Source of the DNA: an uncultured Dehalococcoidaceae bacterium
Lineage (GTDB): Bacteria > Chloroflexota > Dehalococcoidia > Dehalococcoidales > RBG-16-60-22
Direction of reading: 5' to 3'
NCBI GenBank assembly: GCA_964615345.1
Contig: CAZTMR010000001.1
Coordinates: 45,355-109,354, forward strand
Length of the DNA: 64,000 nucleotides
The notes beneath the pieces are model-generated. The model was not told where the DNA came from and ran no database searches. It was given only the letters and a program-made list of their open reading frames with translations. Of the stretch, positions 40,045 to 49,120 are shown piece by piece (within the stretch, counting starts at the first letter, position 1; the number at the start of each line of letters is the position of its first letter). The position numbers and the translations under genes were made by a program.

Positions 40045-40756
40045 GCAGGGAGCGCTTTTCCCGGTCGCTGATTTCGCGCAACTTCCCCTCCGGCAGATTG
40101 CCCAGCTCCAGCTTCCCCATCCTGACCCGTTTCAAGGCGATAACCCTGTGTTGCAGGGCCTCCAGCATTCGGCGGACCTGTCTTTTCCTTCCTTCGTGGA
40201 TGGTAATGCTGTAACGGAAGTGAGGAGAAGAGCTAACCTGCTTTACCTTTGCCGGGCGGGTCTGGCCATCTTCCAGCCGGATACCCTGCTCCAGCCGCTG
40301 CTTTTCTCGTGGCTCCAGTTGCTCACGGATATCCACCAGGTACTCTTTTTCTATCTCGTACCTGGGGTGGGTCAGCCGGTAGGCCAGGTCTCCGTCATTG
40401 GTCAGCAGCAGCAGCCCGGTGCTGTCTTTGTCCAGTCTTCCCGCCGGATAAAGCTTCCGGTGGTGATAGTGCGGGGGCAGCAGGTCGGTGACTGTCCGGC
40501 GTCCTCTCTCGTCGCGTACGGTGGAAAGCACTCCCGCCGGCTTGTGTAGCAGGAGGGTGACCGCCGCCCTGGGCTTGAGATTGATTTTCTTCCCGTCCAG
40601 GACAACCGTGTCCGTTTCTCTGTCTACCGGGTGGCGGAAATCTTCCACCACCTCTCCGTTTACCATTACCCGGTCCTGCTTGATGGCGTCAGCCATCCGC
40701 CGCCGGGAACCGGCTCCGGCGCCGGTGAGTACCTTGAGCAGAGGTTCTGGTTTCAT
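39977..40756 (-). CDS. pseudouridine synthase, RsuA/RluB family
   Basis: S4 domain plus the GRLDKDSTGLLLLTNDG catalytic motif. The start is trimmed to MKPEPLLK (40756) because the longer ORF reads through tRNA-Ser. The 3' end overlaps the SBP gene by 68 nt. Confidence 0.85.
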   Translation of the reverse strand: MKPEPLLKVLTGAGAGSRRRMADAIKQDRVMVNGEVVEDFRHPVDRETDTVVLDGKKINLKPRAAVTLLLHKPAGVLSTVRDERGRRTVTDLLPPHYHHRKLYPAGRLDKDSTGLLLLTNDGDLAYRLTHPRYEIEKEYLVDIREQLEPREKQRLEQGIRLEDGQTRPAKVKQVSSSPHFRYSITIHEGRKRQVRRMLEALQHRVIALKRVRMGKLELGNLPEGKLREISDREKRSLLNQGSRKPGPGGQSPAGSNDSR

Positions 40757-40765
40757 TGCCGAAGA

Positions 40766-40855
40766 TGGCGGAGGGGGTGGGATTCGAACCCACGGTCGTC
40801 TTGCGACGACAACGGTTTTCAAGACCGTCACCATAGACCGCTCGGACACCCCTCC
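40766..40855 (-). tRNA. tRNA-Ser (anticodon TGA), long variable arm, CCA encoded
   Basis: Reverse complement: GGAGGGGTGTCCGAGCGGTCTATGGTGACGGTCTTGAAAACCGTTGTCGTCGCAAGACGACCGTGGGTTCGAATCCCACCCCCTCCGCCA. Confidence 0.85.
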
Positions 40856-40941
40856 CCTCCCGGTTAAGTATAAGGATTCTCACAGTCAGACGTCAAACTG
40901 GCCGGGGCTTCGCGGTTCGCCCGGCGGTGGAAAAGCGGTGG

Positions 40942-41559
40942 TTATTTCCGGGTTGCACGGCGGCGCAGCCAGAGGAGGAACTGGTTCACCACCGGAACCC
41001 GGACCAGCAACAGTACCGCCAGAATTATCCCGTAAAGCAGGGGCCGGCTGTACTCTCCCCGTACCTGCCAGAAGAAATGGGTGATTGCCAGCGCGGCTGC
41101 CAGGTAAGCCAGCCAGTGCAGCCGGCCCCAGTTTTCTCCCAGCCGTTTCTGCCAGTCCCGGGTTGATGTTATCGCCAGTGGCAGAAGGCTGAAAAAGGCG
41201 CCCAGTCCGGCCAGGACAAACCGTTTGTTTCCCACATCCTCCAGCATCAACGCAAAATCGAACCGGTAGTCCAGGCCGATGAAGGTCATCAGGTGGAGGC
41301 AGGCGTAGAAAAAAGCATACAGCCCCAGGGTACGCCGGAGCGGCAGCAGCTGGCGGATGCCACTGATGGTTTTTATCGGGGTGATAGCCAGCGATGCCGT
41401 CAGCAGGATAAGCGTGGTACGTCCGGTGCGGAGAGTTATTTCCTGTATCGGGTTGGCAGTAAGCTGCCCCTGGCTGTAATCAAAGATAAGCAGCGCCAGC
41501 GGTAACAGCGCTGCCGGGTGGACCAGCATTCGGAGCCAGCTCCTTTTCCACTCGCCCAT
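40942..41559 (-). CDS. msrQ: protein-methionine-sulfoxide reductase heme-binding subunit MsrQ (YedZ)
   Basis: Six-TM ferric-reductase-like protein with conserved His residues. It lies immediately downstream of msrP. Confidence 0.75.
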   Translation of the reverse strand: MGEWKRSWLRMLVHPAALLPLALLIFDYSQGQLTANPIQEITLRTGRTTLILLTASLAITPIKTISGIRQLLPLRRTLGLYAFFYACLHLMTFIGLDYRFDFALMLEDVGNKRFVLAGLGAFFSLLPLAITSTRDWQKRLGENWGRLHWLAYLAAALAITHFFWQVRGEYSRPLLYGIILAVLLLVRVPVVNQFLLWLRRRATRK

Positions 41560-42539
41560 CAGTAGAGCTTTTGCGGGTCCATGCCGGCGTAGAGATGCGC
41601 CACTTCGTCGGCATAGCCATTCAGGTAAAGCGTCCGTCGGCGCTGGGCCTCGCCAATCCGGCGTTCACTGGCCTGTGACCAGCGTGGATGACGCACCTCC
41701 GGGTTAACATTGGCGTAGAACCCGTATTCAAGCGGGGCGGCGGCCATCCAGAGCGATACCGGCATCTCTTCCACCAGGTCTATTTTCACAATCGATTTGA
41801 TGCTCTTGAAGCCGTACTTCCAGGGTACCACCAGGCGTATCGGGGCGCCGTTCTGGGGTAAAAGTTGCTTGCCGTAGAGCCCGGTGCTCAGGAGAGTCAG
41901 GTCCTGCATCGCCTCATCTACCCGCAGTCCTTCAACATAAGGCCACTCGTAAAAGGAATCTTCCTGGCCGGGCATCTGCTCCGGGTCGTACAGGGTCTCA
42001 AAGCGCACGTATTTTGCTTCCGGAGTCGGTTCTACCTCTCGCAGCAGTTTGGCCAGCGGAAAACCCAGCCATGGAATTACCATTGACCAGGCTTCCACGC
42101 AGCGCAGGCGGTAAATGCGCTCTTCCGGGTCGAACTTCCGTACCAGTTCGTCGATGTCATAGGTCCCGGGGTTCTTTACCAGGCCGCCCACCCGCAGCGT
42201 CCAGGGCTCCGTTTTGAGGTCTTCCGCGGCCTCGGCCACTCCCACTTTACTCACGGTAAACTCGTAGAAATTGTTGTAACCGATGATGTCCTCACATTCG
42301 GTCAGCGCTTCTCCCAGCTCGTCCGTTTCCCGGCTGGCGGTGACTGAATCGCAGTAGTCCTCTCCCTCTGCGGACGGCGCTGATGCTTCCCTTTTACAGC
42401 TCCCGAACAGAAGCGCGCTGGCCATCAGGGCGCCGGCGCCGGTGATGAACTTGCGGCGGGAGATATAAAGGTGCTCGGGGGTAATTTCAGAAGGGTCTAT
42501 CTTTTCCATTGCCTTTCCCCCTGTCCGGGATAGATTCAA
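41559..42539 (-). CDS. msrP: protein-methionine-sulfoxide reductase catalytic subunit MsrP (YedY)
   Basis: Tat motif [12 protein letters not shown] and [19 protein letters not shown], typical of YedY-type molybdoenzymes. Confidence 0.8.
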   Translation of the reverse strand: MNLSRTGGKAMEKIDPSEITPEHLYISRRKFITGAGALMASALLFGSCKREASAPSAEGEDYCDSVTASRETDELGEALTECEDIIGYNNFYEFTVSKVGVAEAAEDLKTEPWTLRVGGLVKNPGTYDIDELVRKFDPEERIYRLRCVEAWSMVIPWLGFPLAKLLREVEPTPEAKYVRFETLYDPEQMPGQEDSFYEWPYVEGLRVDEAMQDLTLLSTGLYGKQLLPQNGAPIRLVVPWKYGFKSIKSIVKIDLVEEMPVSLWMAAAPLEYGFYANVNPEVRHPRWSQASERRIGEAQRRRTLYLNGYADEVAHLYAGMDPQKLY

Positions 42540-42598
42540 GACCTTTAATAAATATTGTAAGCAGATGTGGGGGTGACTTGTCCAGCGCTGCCGGAAAA

Positions 42599-43855
42599 TT
42601 AGCTGTCCTGACTGATTACTGTGGTGCCCATGATGTGCTGGAGAGCTTCCGGCACGGCGATACTGCCGTCCGGCTGCTGGTAGTTCTCCAGGATGGCAAT
42701 CATTACCCTGGGCAGGGCCAGCCCGGAGCCATTCAAGGTGTGGACGTACTGGGGCTTACTCTCCGCCGTGGGACGGTACCGGATATTGGCCCGCCGCGCC
42801 TGGAAATCAGTGCAGTTGGAACAGGAGCTTACCTCCAGCCACTCCTCGCAGCCGGGTGCCCACAGCTCTATGTCGTAAGACTTTGCCGAGGCGAACCCAA
42901 GCTCGGTGGTGTTCAACTGGGCGACCCGGTAAGGCAGCCCCAGTTTTCGGCAGACATCTTCCGCGTCCGCGGTCATTTTTTCCAGCTCGTCGTTGGAAGT
43001 TTCCGGTTCGGTGAACTTGTACATCTCCACTTTATCAAACTGGTGTCCTCGCTTGATGCCGCGGGTATCCTTGCCGGCAGACATTTTCTCCCGCCGGAAG
43101 CAGGCGGTGTAGGCCACGTAGTGAAACGGTAGCTGTCCGGCCGGGATAATTTCATCGCGGTGGAGGTTGGTCAACGGCACCTCGGCCGTAGGCACGAACC
43201 AGAAATCATCCGTATCGTCATGGTAGAGGTTATCGGCGAACTTGGGCAGATTGCTTGAACCCACCAGGCACTCCCGCTTGACCATATACGGCAGGTAGAC
43301 TTCCCGGTAGCCGTGCTCTCTCACGTGCAGGTCCACCATGAACCAGATGAGCGCTCTCTGCAATCGGGCCCCGGTATTCCTGAGCACATAGAACCGGCTT
43401 CCCGATAGCTTCACTCCCCTCTCGAAATCGATAATCCCCAGCGATTCGCCAAGCTCCCAGTGAGGCGCGGGAGTAAAGCCAAAGCTCTTCGGCTCCCCCC
43501 ACGTCCGCAGTATCACGTTATCCTCTTCGCTCTCTCCCACCGGCGTGTCCGGATGGGGAACGTTGGGTACCTGGAGCAGCAGCGATTCCATTTCCTGGTC
43601 CAGGCTGTTTACTTCTTCTTCCAGACGGCGTATCGAGCTGCGCAATTCGCGCCCTTCTTCAATCCTGTCCTGGTCTATCTTCCTGTCCCGGGCCATTTCC
43701 TTGCGTTTGCGCCGGAACTCTTCCAGCTCCGCTATCCCCTGCCGGCGCCGCGCATCGAGCTCCAGAATGTCATCAATCGGCGCCGTGTCCCGGCGGTTTT
43801 CCAGAGTTTGCCTTACCGTATCGGTGTTTTCCCGGATGAATTTCAGTTCGAGCAT
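42599..43855 (-). CDS. serS: seryl-tRNA synthetase
   Basis: N-terminal coiled-coil arm and class II motifs (FRRE.., GSGLALPR). Confidence 0.95.
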   Translation of the reverse strand: MLELKFIRENTDTVRQTLENRRDTAPIDDILELDARRRQGIAELEEFRRKRKEMARDRKIDQDRIEEGRELRSSIRRLEEEVNSLDQEMESLLLQVPNVPHPDTPVGESEEDNVILRTWGEPKSFGFTPAPHWELGESLGIIDFERGVKLSGSRFYVLRNTGARLQRALIWFMVDLHVREHGYREVYLPYMVKRECLVGSSNLPKFADNLYHDDTDDFWFVPTAEVPLTNLHRDEIIPAGQLPFHYVAYTACFRREKMSAGKDTRGIKRGHQFDKVEMYKFTEPETSNDELEKMTADAEDVCRKLGLPYRVAQLNTTELGFASAKSYDIELWAPGCEEWLEVSSCSNCTDFQARRANIRYRPTAESKPQYVHTLNGSGLALPRVMIAILENYQQPDGSIAVPEALQHIMGTTVISQDS

Positions 43856-43867
43856 CCCGCACTCCCT

Positions 43868-45364
43868 TTAAGGCTTGTCCCTGAGCTGGGGAAACAGGAT
43901 TACCTCCCGGATGGACTGGTTATTGGTCAGCAGCATCACCAGCCGGTCGATACCTACTCCCAGCCCGCCTGCCGGCGGCATACCGTGCTCTAGGGCCAGC
44001 AGGTAGTCTTCGTCAACAGTTGCCGCCACCTCGCCGTCCGTGTGGCGTTCTTTTTGCTGCTCTTCGAAGCGGCGGCGCTGCTCTTCCGGGTCGTTGAGCT
44101 CGGAGAACGCGTTGGCTATTTCCATTCCGCCGGCAAAGGCTTCGAAGCGCTCCACCACCCGCTCTTCTTCCGGCTTGTTCTTGGCCAGCGGTGACATCGA
44201 GACCGGGTAGTCGATAAGAAAGGTGGGCTGCACCAGTTCCGGTTCAACGAAAGTCGAAAGCAGCTCATCGACCAGCTTGGCCCAGCTCTTTTTCGGGTCT
44301 ACTTCCAGCCCCCGCTCTTTCATTTTCGGCCTCATCCTGGCTCTCAGGCCGTCCGCGGTGGGATACTTGACAAAATCGATTCCGCTGCACCTCTCCACCG
44401 CTTCCCGCAGGCCGAATCTGGGCCACGGGGCTTTCATCTCAATGGCGCTGTCGCCGTAGGTGACTCTGGTCGTGCCCAGCACTTCCCGGCAGACCCCGGC
44501 CACCATTTCCTCCAGCAAGCGCATGACATCGTTATAATCGGCGTACGCCTCGTAGCTTTCCAGCATGGTGAATTCCGGGTTGTGCTTGGTAGAGATGCCC
44601 TCGTTGCGGAAGATACGGCCCAGCTCGTAGACCTTGTCCAGACCGCCCACTATCAGCCGCTTCAGGTAAAGCTCCGGGGCGATGCGCAGGTAAAAGTCCT
44701 GCTCCAGGGCGTGGTGGTGCGTAACAAAAGGCCGCGCCAGCGCCCCACCGGGTGATGGCTGTAGCACCGGCGTTTCCACCTCGGTAAAACCGCGCTGGTT
44801 GAGGAACTGCCTGATGCCATTGATAATGCGGCCGCGAGTCTTGAAAGTCTCGATGACTCCCGGACTGCTGATGAGGTCCAGATAGCGCTGCCGGTACCTG
44901 GTATCGATATCGCTGAGTCCGTGCCACTTCTCCGGCAGCGGCTGCATCGATTTGGAAAGCAGCTCGAACTCGTCAACCTGGACGGTCGGTTCGCCGCTCC
45001 TGGTGCGGAGTAGTGTGCCTCTTGCTCCCAGGATATCGCCGATATCCAGGTTCCGGAACAGCTCGCCTTTTCTGCCGTCGTACCGGTTGATATTCATAAA
45101 CAGCAGCTGTATTTTGCCGGTACTATCGCGGATATCGGCAAAAGCGCTCTTGCCCATCCGCCTTATCGCCATTATCCGCCCGGCAACGCTTATCTCCGGC
45201 TGCCGGCTGGTGCCGGCTTCCTCACTCTCTTCCAGCAGGGAGATAGCTTCCAGCGCCGTATGGCTGCGGTGGTAGCGGGAGGGATAGGGGTTGATCTCAT
45301 GCGCCCGGAGGCGCTTCAGCTTCTCCTGTCTTTGCTCGGTAATCCGGTTCAGCCTGTCAGCCAT
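43868..45364 (-). CDS. lysS: lysyl-tRNA synthetase, class II
   Basis: OB-fold N-domain and class II core (ELGRIFRNEG, GGLGVGIDRLVMLL). Confidence 0.95.
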   Translation of the reverse strand: MADRLNRITEQRQEKLKRLRAHEINPYPSRYHRSHTALEAISLLEESEEAGTSRQPEISVAGRIMAIRRMGKSAFADIRDSTGKIQLLFMNINRYDGRKGELFRNLDIGDILGARGTLLRTRSGEPTVQVDEFELLSKSMQPLPEKWHGLSDIDTRYRQRYLDLISSPGVIETFKTRGRIINGIRQFLNQRGFTEVETPVLQPSPGGALARPFVTHHHALEQDFYLRIAPELYLKRLIVGGLDKVYELGRIFRNEGISTKHNPEFTMLESYEAYADYNDVMRLLEEMVAGVCREVLGTTRVTYGDSAIEMKAPWPRFGLREAVERCSGIDFVKYPTADGLRARMRPKMKERGLEVDPKKSWAKLVDELLSTFVEPELVQPTFLIDYPVSMSPLAKNKPEEERVVERFEAFAGGMEIANAFSELNDPEEQRRRFEEQQKERHTDGEVAATVDEDYLLALEHGMPPAGGLGVGIDRLVMLLTNNQSIREVILFPQLRDKP

Positions 45365-45522
45365 ATCGGTCCTTCGGTAATGAGTTAAAAAGCGGTGTTT
45401 TCATACGCCCGGCGGATATTCCATTATACGTTATTACCCGTCCGGGGTAAAGCGCCTGCTTTCGCCGCTGACTGGAACCAGCCGTGTTTTAAGCGTAGCG
45501 GCGCGGTGCAAAATGACTGGCG

Positions 45523-46326
45523 TCAGGCAGGTGGTTTTTGTCCGGAAACTTCCGCCTCGTCTCTTCCGGTGTCTTCCCTCAGGGCATTCAGCCACGCGGC
45601 TGACTTTACTTCTTTTTCCAGAAGGTGTTTGATATAACCTCCCAGCACCGCTTCGATTTCACGGGATAGCTTGTCGTCGATTTTCAGCCTGCCGGCGACG
45701 CTGAAATCGCTGTTCTGGAACAGCCGCAGCACTTTCTGGGCGTTGACGGAAAGCGGGTAGCCGGATGGATATTCCGGCCCGCAGTCCGGGCAGAGCACGC
45801 CGCCGGCGCCGGGGCGGAAATAATTGACGGTCGGCTCAATCTGGCGGCGGCAGGTGACGCACTCCTGGAGTTGCGGCCGGTACCCCGCCTCGTTGAGGAG
45901 GTGCAGCTCGAAATAGCGCAGAGTCAGCTCTTTGTTGCCCCCCTGGCACAGCCGCTGCATCGTCTCCAGCAGCAACCGGAATATCTCCTCGTCTTTAACA
46001 TGGTCGGCGGTAAACTGGTTCACCAGCTCCGCCACATAAAGGGCGCAGGAAGTGAGCCACAGGTCACTTTTCAGCGGCAAAAAACTGTTTATGGTCTGGC
46101 TGCCGGTTATCGTGTCCAGATTTCTGCCTCTGGCAAGAGATACCAGGCTGTGAGTAATCAGTTCCAGATGTCCGGAAAGCTTGCTCCGGGGACGCCGCAC
46201 CCCTTTGGCTACCGCCTGGATTTTCCCCAGTTCGGTAGTGTAAAGAGTCAGGATTCTATCTGCCTCTTTCAGCCGGGTCTTTTTGATAACTATCGCTTCG
46301 GTTTGATAGGTTCTCGGTGTGGACAT
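45523..46326 (-). CDS. recO: DNA repair protein RecO
   Basis: OB-fold N-terminus (EAIVIKKTRLKEADRILTLYT) and a Cys4 zinc motif (CVTC..CPDC). Confidence 0.85.
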   Translation of the reverse strand: MSTPRTYQTEAIVIKKTRLKEADRILTLYTTELGKIQAVAKGVRRPRSKLSGHLELITHSLVSLARGRNLDTITGSQTINSFLPLKSDLWLTSCALYVAELVNQFTADHVKDEEIFRLLLETMQRLCQGGNKELTLRYFELHLLNEAGYRPQLQECVTCRRQIEPTVNYFRPGAGGVLCPDCGPEYPSGYPLSVNAQKVLRLFQNSDFSVAGRLKIDDKLSREIEAVLGGYIKHLLEKEVKSAAWLNALREDTGRDEAEVSGQKPPA

Positions 46327-46381
46327 TACAGATTCCTGTCCGGCCCCGGGTGGGGATACCCGGTTTCTGCAGGGTAGGCAG

Positions 46382-46996
46382 TTAAAACTCCTGCCTGCCT
46401 TCTATCGCCCTGGTGAGGGTGACATCGTCGGCGTATTCCAGCTCCGTGCCGAAAGGCAGCCCCCGGGCCAGACGCGTGACCCGTATCCCCATAGGGGCAA
46501 TCAGGCGGTTGAGATATAGTGACGTCTGTTCCCCCTCCAGGGTGGGATTGGTAGCCAGAATCACCTCGGTGACCTCGCCGCTCCGGAGCCGCTCCAGCAG
46601 TTCTCTTATCCTCACGTCACCTGCGCCCACTCCTTCCGTAGGTGAGATAGCGCCGTGCAGCACGTGATAGAGCCCCCGGTACATGCCGGTATGCTCGATG
46701 GCCAGGATATCCTGGGGCTGCTCCACGATGCAAATCTGGCCGCGCTCTCGCCCCGGATTGCGGCAGGTGGGGCAGGGGTCGGATTCGGTAACATTACAGC
46801 AGACGGAGCACAGCTTTACCCTCTCCTTCAGCGCACGTATCGCTTCGGCGAGGAGGCTGGCTTCCTCTTCGGAGGCGCGCAGTAGGAAATAGGTGACCCG
46901 CTGGGCGCTTTTCGGGCCGATACCCGGCAGCTTGTTAAACTCCTCTATCAGCCGGTTGATGGCATCCTTGTCCGGGTTCATCAGGTTATCGTTCAA
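46382..46996 (-). CDS. recR: recombination protein RecR
   Basis: HhH ([11 protein letters not shown]), Cys4 zinc finger ([12 protein letters not shown]) and a Toprim domain. Confidence 0.95.
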   Translation of the reverse strand: MNDNLMNPDKDAINRLIEEFNKLPGIGPKSAQRVTYFLLRASEEEASLLAEAIRALKERVKLCSVCCNVTESDPCPTCRNPGRERGQICIVEQPQDILAIEHTGMYRGLYHVLHGAISPTEGVGAGDVRIRELLERLRSGEVTEVILATNPTLEGEQTSLYLNRLIAPMGIRVTRLARGLPFGTELEYADDVTLTRAIEGRQEF

Positions 46997-47018
46997 CTGA
47001 AGCTCTCCCCCCGTCCGG

Positions 47019-47324
47019 TCAGGTTAACCCCGGAATGTTCAACCCGCCGGTCAAGCTCCCGAGCCGCTCGGCAGCCATCTCCCGGGACCTGTTCAGCGCT
47101 TCGCTTACCGCTGTCAGCACCAGGTCTTCCAGCATTTCCACGTCTTCCTGGCTGACCACGTCCGGTGATATTTTTACCGATTGTATCTCCTGCTGCCCGT
47201 TCACTGTTACGGTGACCGCGCCGCCACCGGAGCTGCCTTCCACGTTTGAGTCTTTCAGCTCCTCCTGGGCCTTTGCCAGCTGGGCCTGCAGTTTCTGGGC
47301 CTGCTGCATCATAAACCTGTTCAT
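47019..47324 (-). CDS. ybaB: YbaB/EbfC nucleoid-associated protein
   Basis: 101 aa, [30 protein letters not shown]. It is in the classic dnaX-ybaB-recR order. Confidence 0.9.
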   Translation of the reverse strand: MNRFMMQQAQKLQAQLAKAQEELKDSNVEGSSGGGAVTVTVNGQQEIQSVKISPDVVSQEDVEMLEDLVLTAVSEALNRSREMAAERLGSLTGGLNIPGLT

Positions 47325-48985
47325 TGTTCCTCCCCGTCCATAAGCTGGGCACCTATTTTTAAGGCTTCTTCAACCAGATGATTGGCTTCTGGTTCATGGA
47401 CGCACCGGAGACGGCAGGCGCGCCCCAGGAAACTGCTGATAATCTTCTCGGCGGTCTGCTGATTGTCCGGCTTTTCCATGTTTTCTTTATGCAGCGGATA
47501 GCGGAAAGACAGCACCAGGGTATTTCCTTCCAGAACGCTGGGCCGGGCGCTCCGGAGCAGAGCCGCCGCCGGGGTACGGCTGATTTCCGGTGGGGCGTCC
47601 GTAATTACCTGGCGCCAGTGCTTCCGCAGCTGCTCTATTTCACTGCTCAGCGCAGACAGGGACGCAGGGTTGCCCTCCGGCGTCTTTGCCCCCCCCGGTG
47701 CCGGGTTCTGCGGAACCTCAGGTACTGCTGATTGTTTTTTCTCCGCCGGTTTTTTCGGAGCGCTTTCCGGACCGGCGGTTTTGGCTGTATCCAGTTCGGT
47801 CTCATCCCGCCGCTGGTCTCGTCCCGCCGCCGGTTTGCCGGTTTCCGGCGGTGGAGGTCCGGTATCTTCCGCCTTTTCGGGGGCGGACTTTTCCGTGCCT
47901 GGTTCCAGGCTGCAGTCCACCAGGGCCAGCTCCAGGGGTAGCGTGGAATAGCCGTCGAGGCCGGCTTCGAGCTGGCCGAAAAGTTTGACCGCCTGTATTA
48001 TCCGGGGAAGAGAAGACTTTTTCGCCAGTTTCTTTAGCTCGGCAACGTCTTCCACCGGCAGGTCTATGGCCCCTTCTGCGCCGGATTTCAGCAGCAGCAA
48101 TGCTCTCAGGTATTCCACCAGCTCCCGGTTGAACTGGCGTAAATCAAGCCCGTCATTATTAACGCCGTTAACGGTGGCCACACCGGCGGAAACATCGTTA
48201 TTCACTATGTGTTTGACCAGGTCCCTAGCTCGCCAGTCACCGGTGATGCCCAGTAGCTTCTGGACCTGGGGTAGCTCAACATCGGAGCCGTAGTAGATGG
48301 TCAACTGCTGTAGCAGGTTTTCGGCGTCACGCAGGCTGCCGGTAGTCGCCCGGGCAATCAGCCGCAGTGCTTCCGGTTCTATCCGGATATCCTCCGTGCG
48401 GCTGATACTTTCCAGCTTGGCTACCACGTCGGCCTGAGAGATGCGCCGGAAATCAAAGCGCTGACACCTTGAAAGTATGGTGGGCAGAATCTTGTGGGAC
48501 TCCGTCGTCGCCAGGATAAAGATAGCGTGCGGCGGGGGCTCTTCCAGCGTTTTGAGCAAGGCATTGGATGCTTCCTTGGTCAGCATGTGGACTTCATCTA
48601 TGATATAGACTTTATAACGCGCCTGGTTCGGGGAGTAGGTCACTTTTTCCCGCAGGTCACGGATTTCATCGATTCCCCGGTTGCTGGCGGCATCCACCTC
48701 GATTACATCCAGAGCGGCGCCGTCCGTAACCGCCTGACACATGGCACAGGAATTGCATGGCTCCCCTTTTCCGTCGTTGTTCAGGCAGTTGACCGCTTTG
48801 GCCAGGATACGGCCGGTACTTGTTTTTCCGGTACCCCGGGGGCCGCAGAAGAGGTAAGCGTGGGAAATCTGCCCTTTATTCAGGGCGTTATGCAGGGTGC
48901 GGGTTGCCTGTTCCTGACCAACCACATCGGACAGCGTCTGCGGGCGCCACTTCCGGTAAAAAACCTGAGATCCCATTTCCCTCAT
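47321..48985 (-). CDS. dnaX: DNA polymerase III subunit tau (gamma/tau)
   Basis: Walker A GPRGTGKTS, zinc module CNSCAMC, DEVHML, SRC motif, and a Pro/Lys-rich linker followed by a C-terminal domain. Confidence 0.9.
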   Translation of the reverse strand: MREMGSQVFYRKWRPQTLSDVVGQEQATRTLHNALNKGQISHAYLFCGPRGTGKTSTGRILAKAVNCLNNDGKGEPCNSCAMCQAVTDGAALDVIEVDAASNRGIDEIRDLREKVTYSPNQARYKVYIIDEVHMLTKEASNALLKTLEEPPPHAIFILATTESHKILPTILSRCQRFDFRRISQADVVAKLESISRTEDIRIEPEALRLIARATTGSLRDAENLLQQLTIYYGSDVELPQVQKLLGITGDWRARDLVKHIVNNDVSAGVATVNGVNNDGLDLRQFNRELVEYLRALLLLKSGAEGAIDLPVEDVAELKKLAKKSSLPRIIQAVKLFGQLEAGLDGYSTLPLELALVDCSLEPGTEKSAPEKAEDTGPPPPETGKPAAGRDQRRDETELDTAKTAGPESAPKKPAEKKQSAVPEVPQNPAPGGAKTPEGNPASLSALSSEIEQLRKHWRQVITDAPPEISRTPAAALLRSARPSVLEGNTLVLSFRYPLHKENMEKPDNQQTAEKIISSFLGRACRLRCVHEPEANHLVEEALKIGAQLMDGEEQ

Positions 48986-49056
48986 TATACCGTAAACGAA
49001 AGGGCGTTTCTAGGCAGGACGGAGAAGAACCGGCGGCCGGTTGTCCGGGTACAACA

Positions 49057-49097
49057 TAGAAAAGCCAGCTTTACCGTAAGGCTACGGCAAAGCTGGC
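49057..49097 (-). terminator. intrinsic terminator after tubulin-like gene A
   Basis: Minus-strand RNA: GCCAGCUUUGCCG-UAGCCUUA-CGGUAAAGCUGGC-UUUUCU. This is a 13-bp stem (one G-U pair) starting 24 nt after the stop codon, followed by a U tract. Confidence 0.7.
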
Positions 49098-49120
49098 AGG
49101 CGTACCGGTGTTTTCTGCTT

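Noticed and set aside
40757-40849. N-terminal extension of the pseudouridine synthase ORF
   Set aside because: The extension is the reverse reading of tRNA-Ser (40766-40855). The protein aligns from MKPEPLLK.
48986-49120. Looked for an SRP RNA (ffs) or other ncRNA upstream of dnaX, a common location
   Set aside because: I found no GGAA/AGCA-type SRP domain IV motif. The only structure is the intrinsic terminator of the upstream tubulin-like gene, plus a short CCGGCGGCCGG palindrome.
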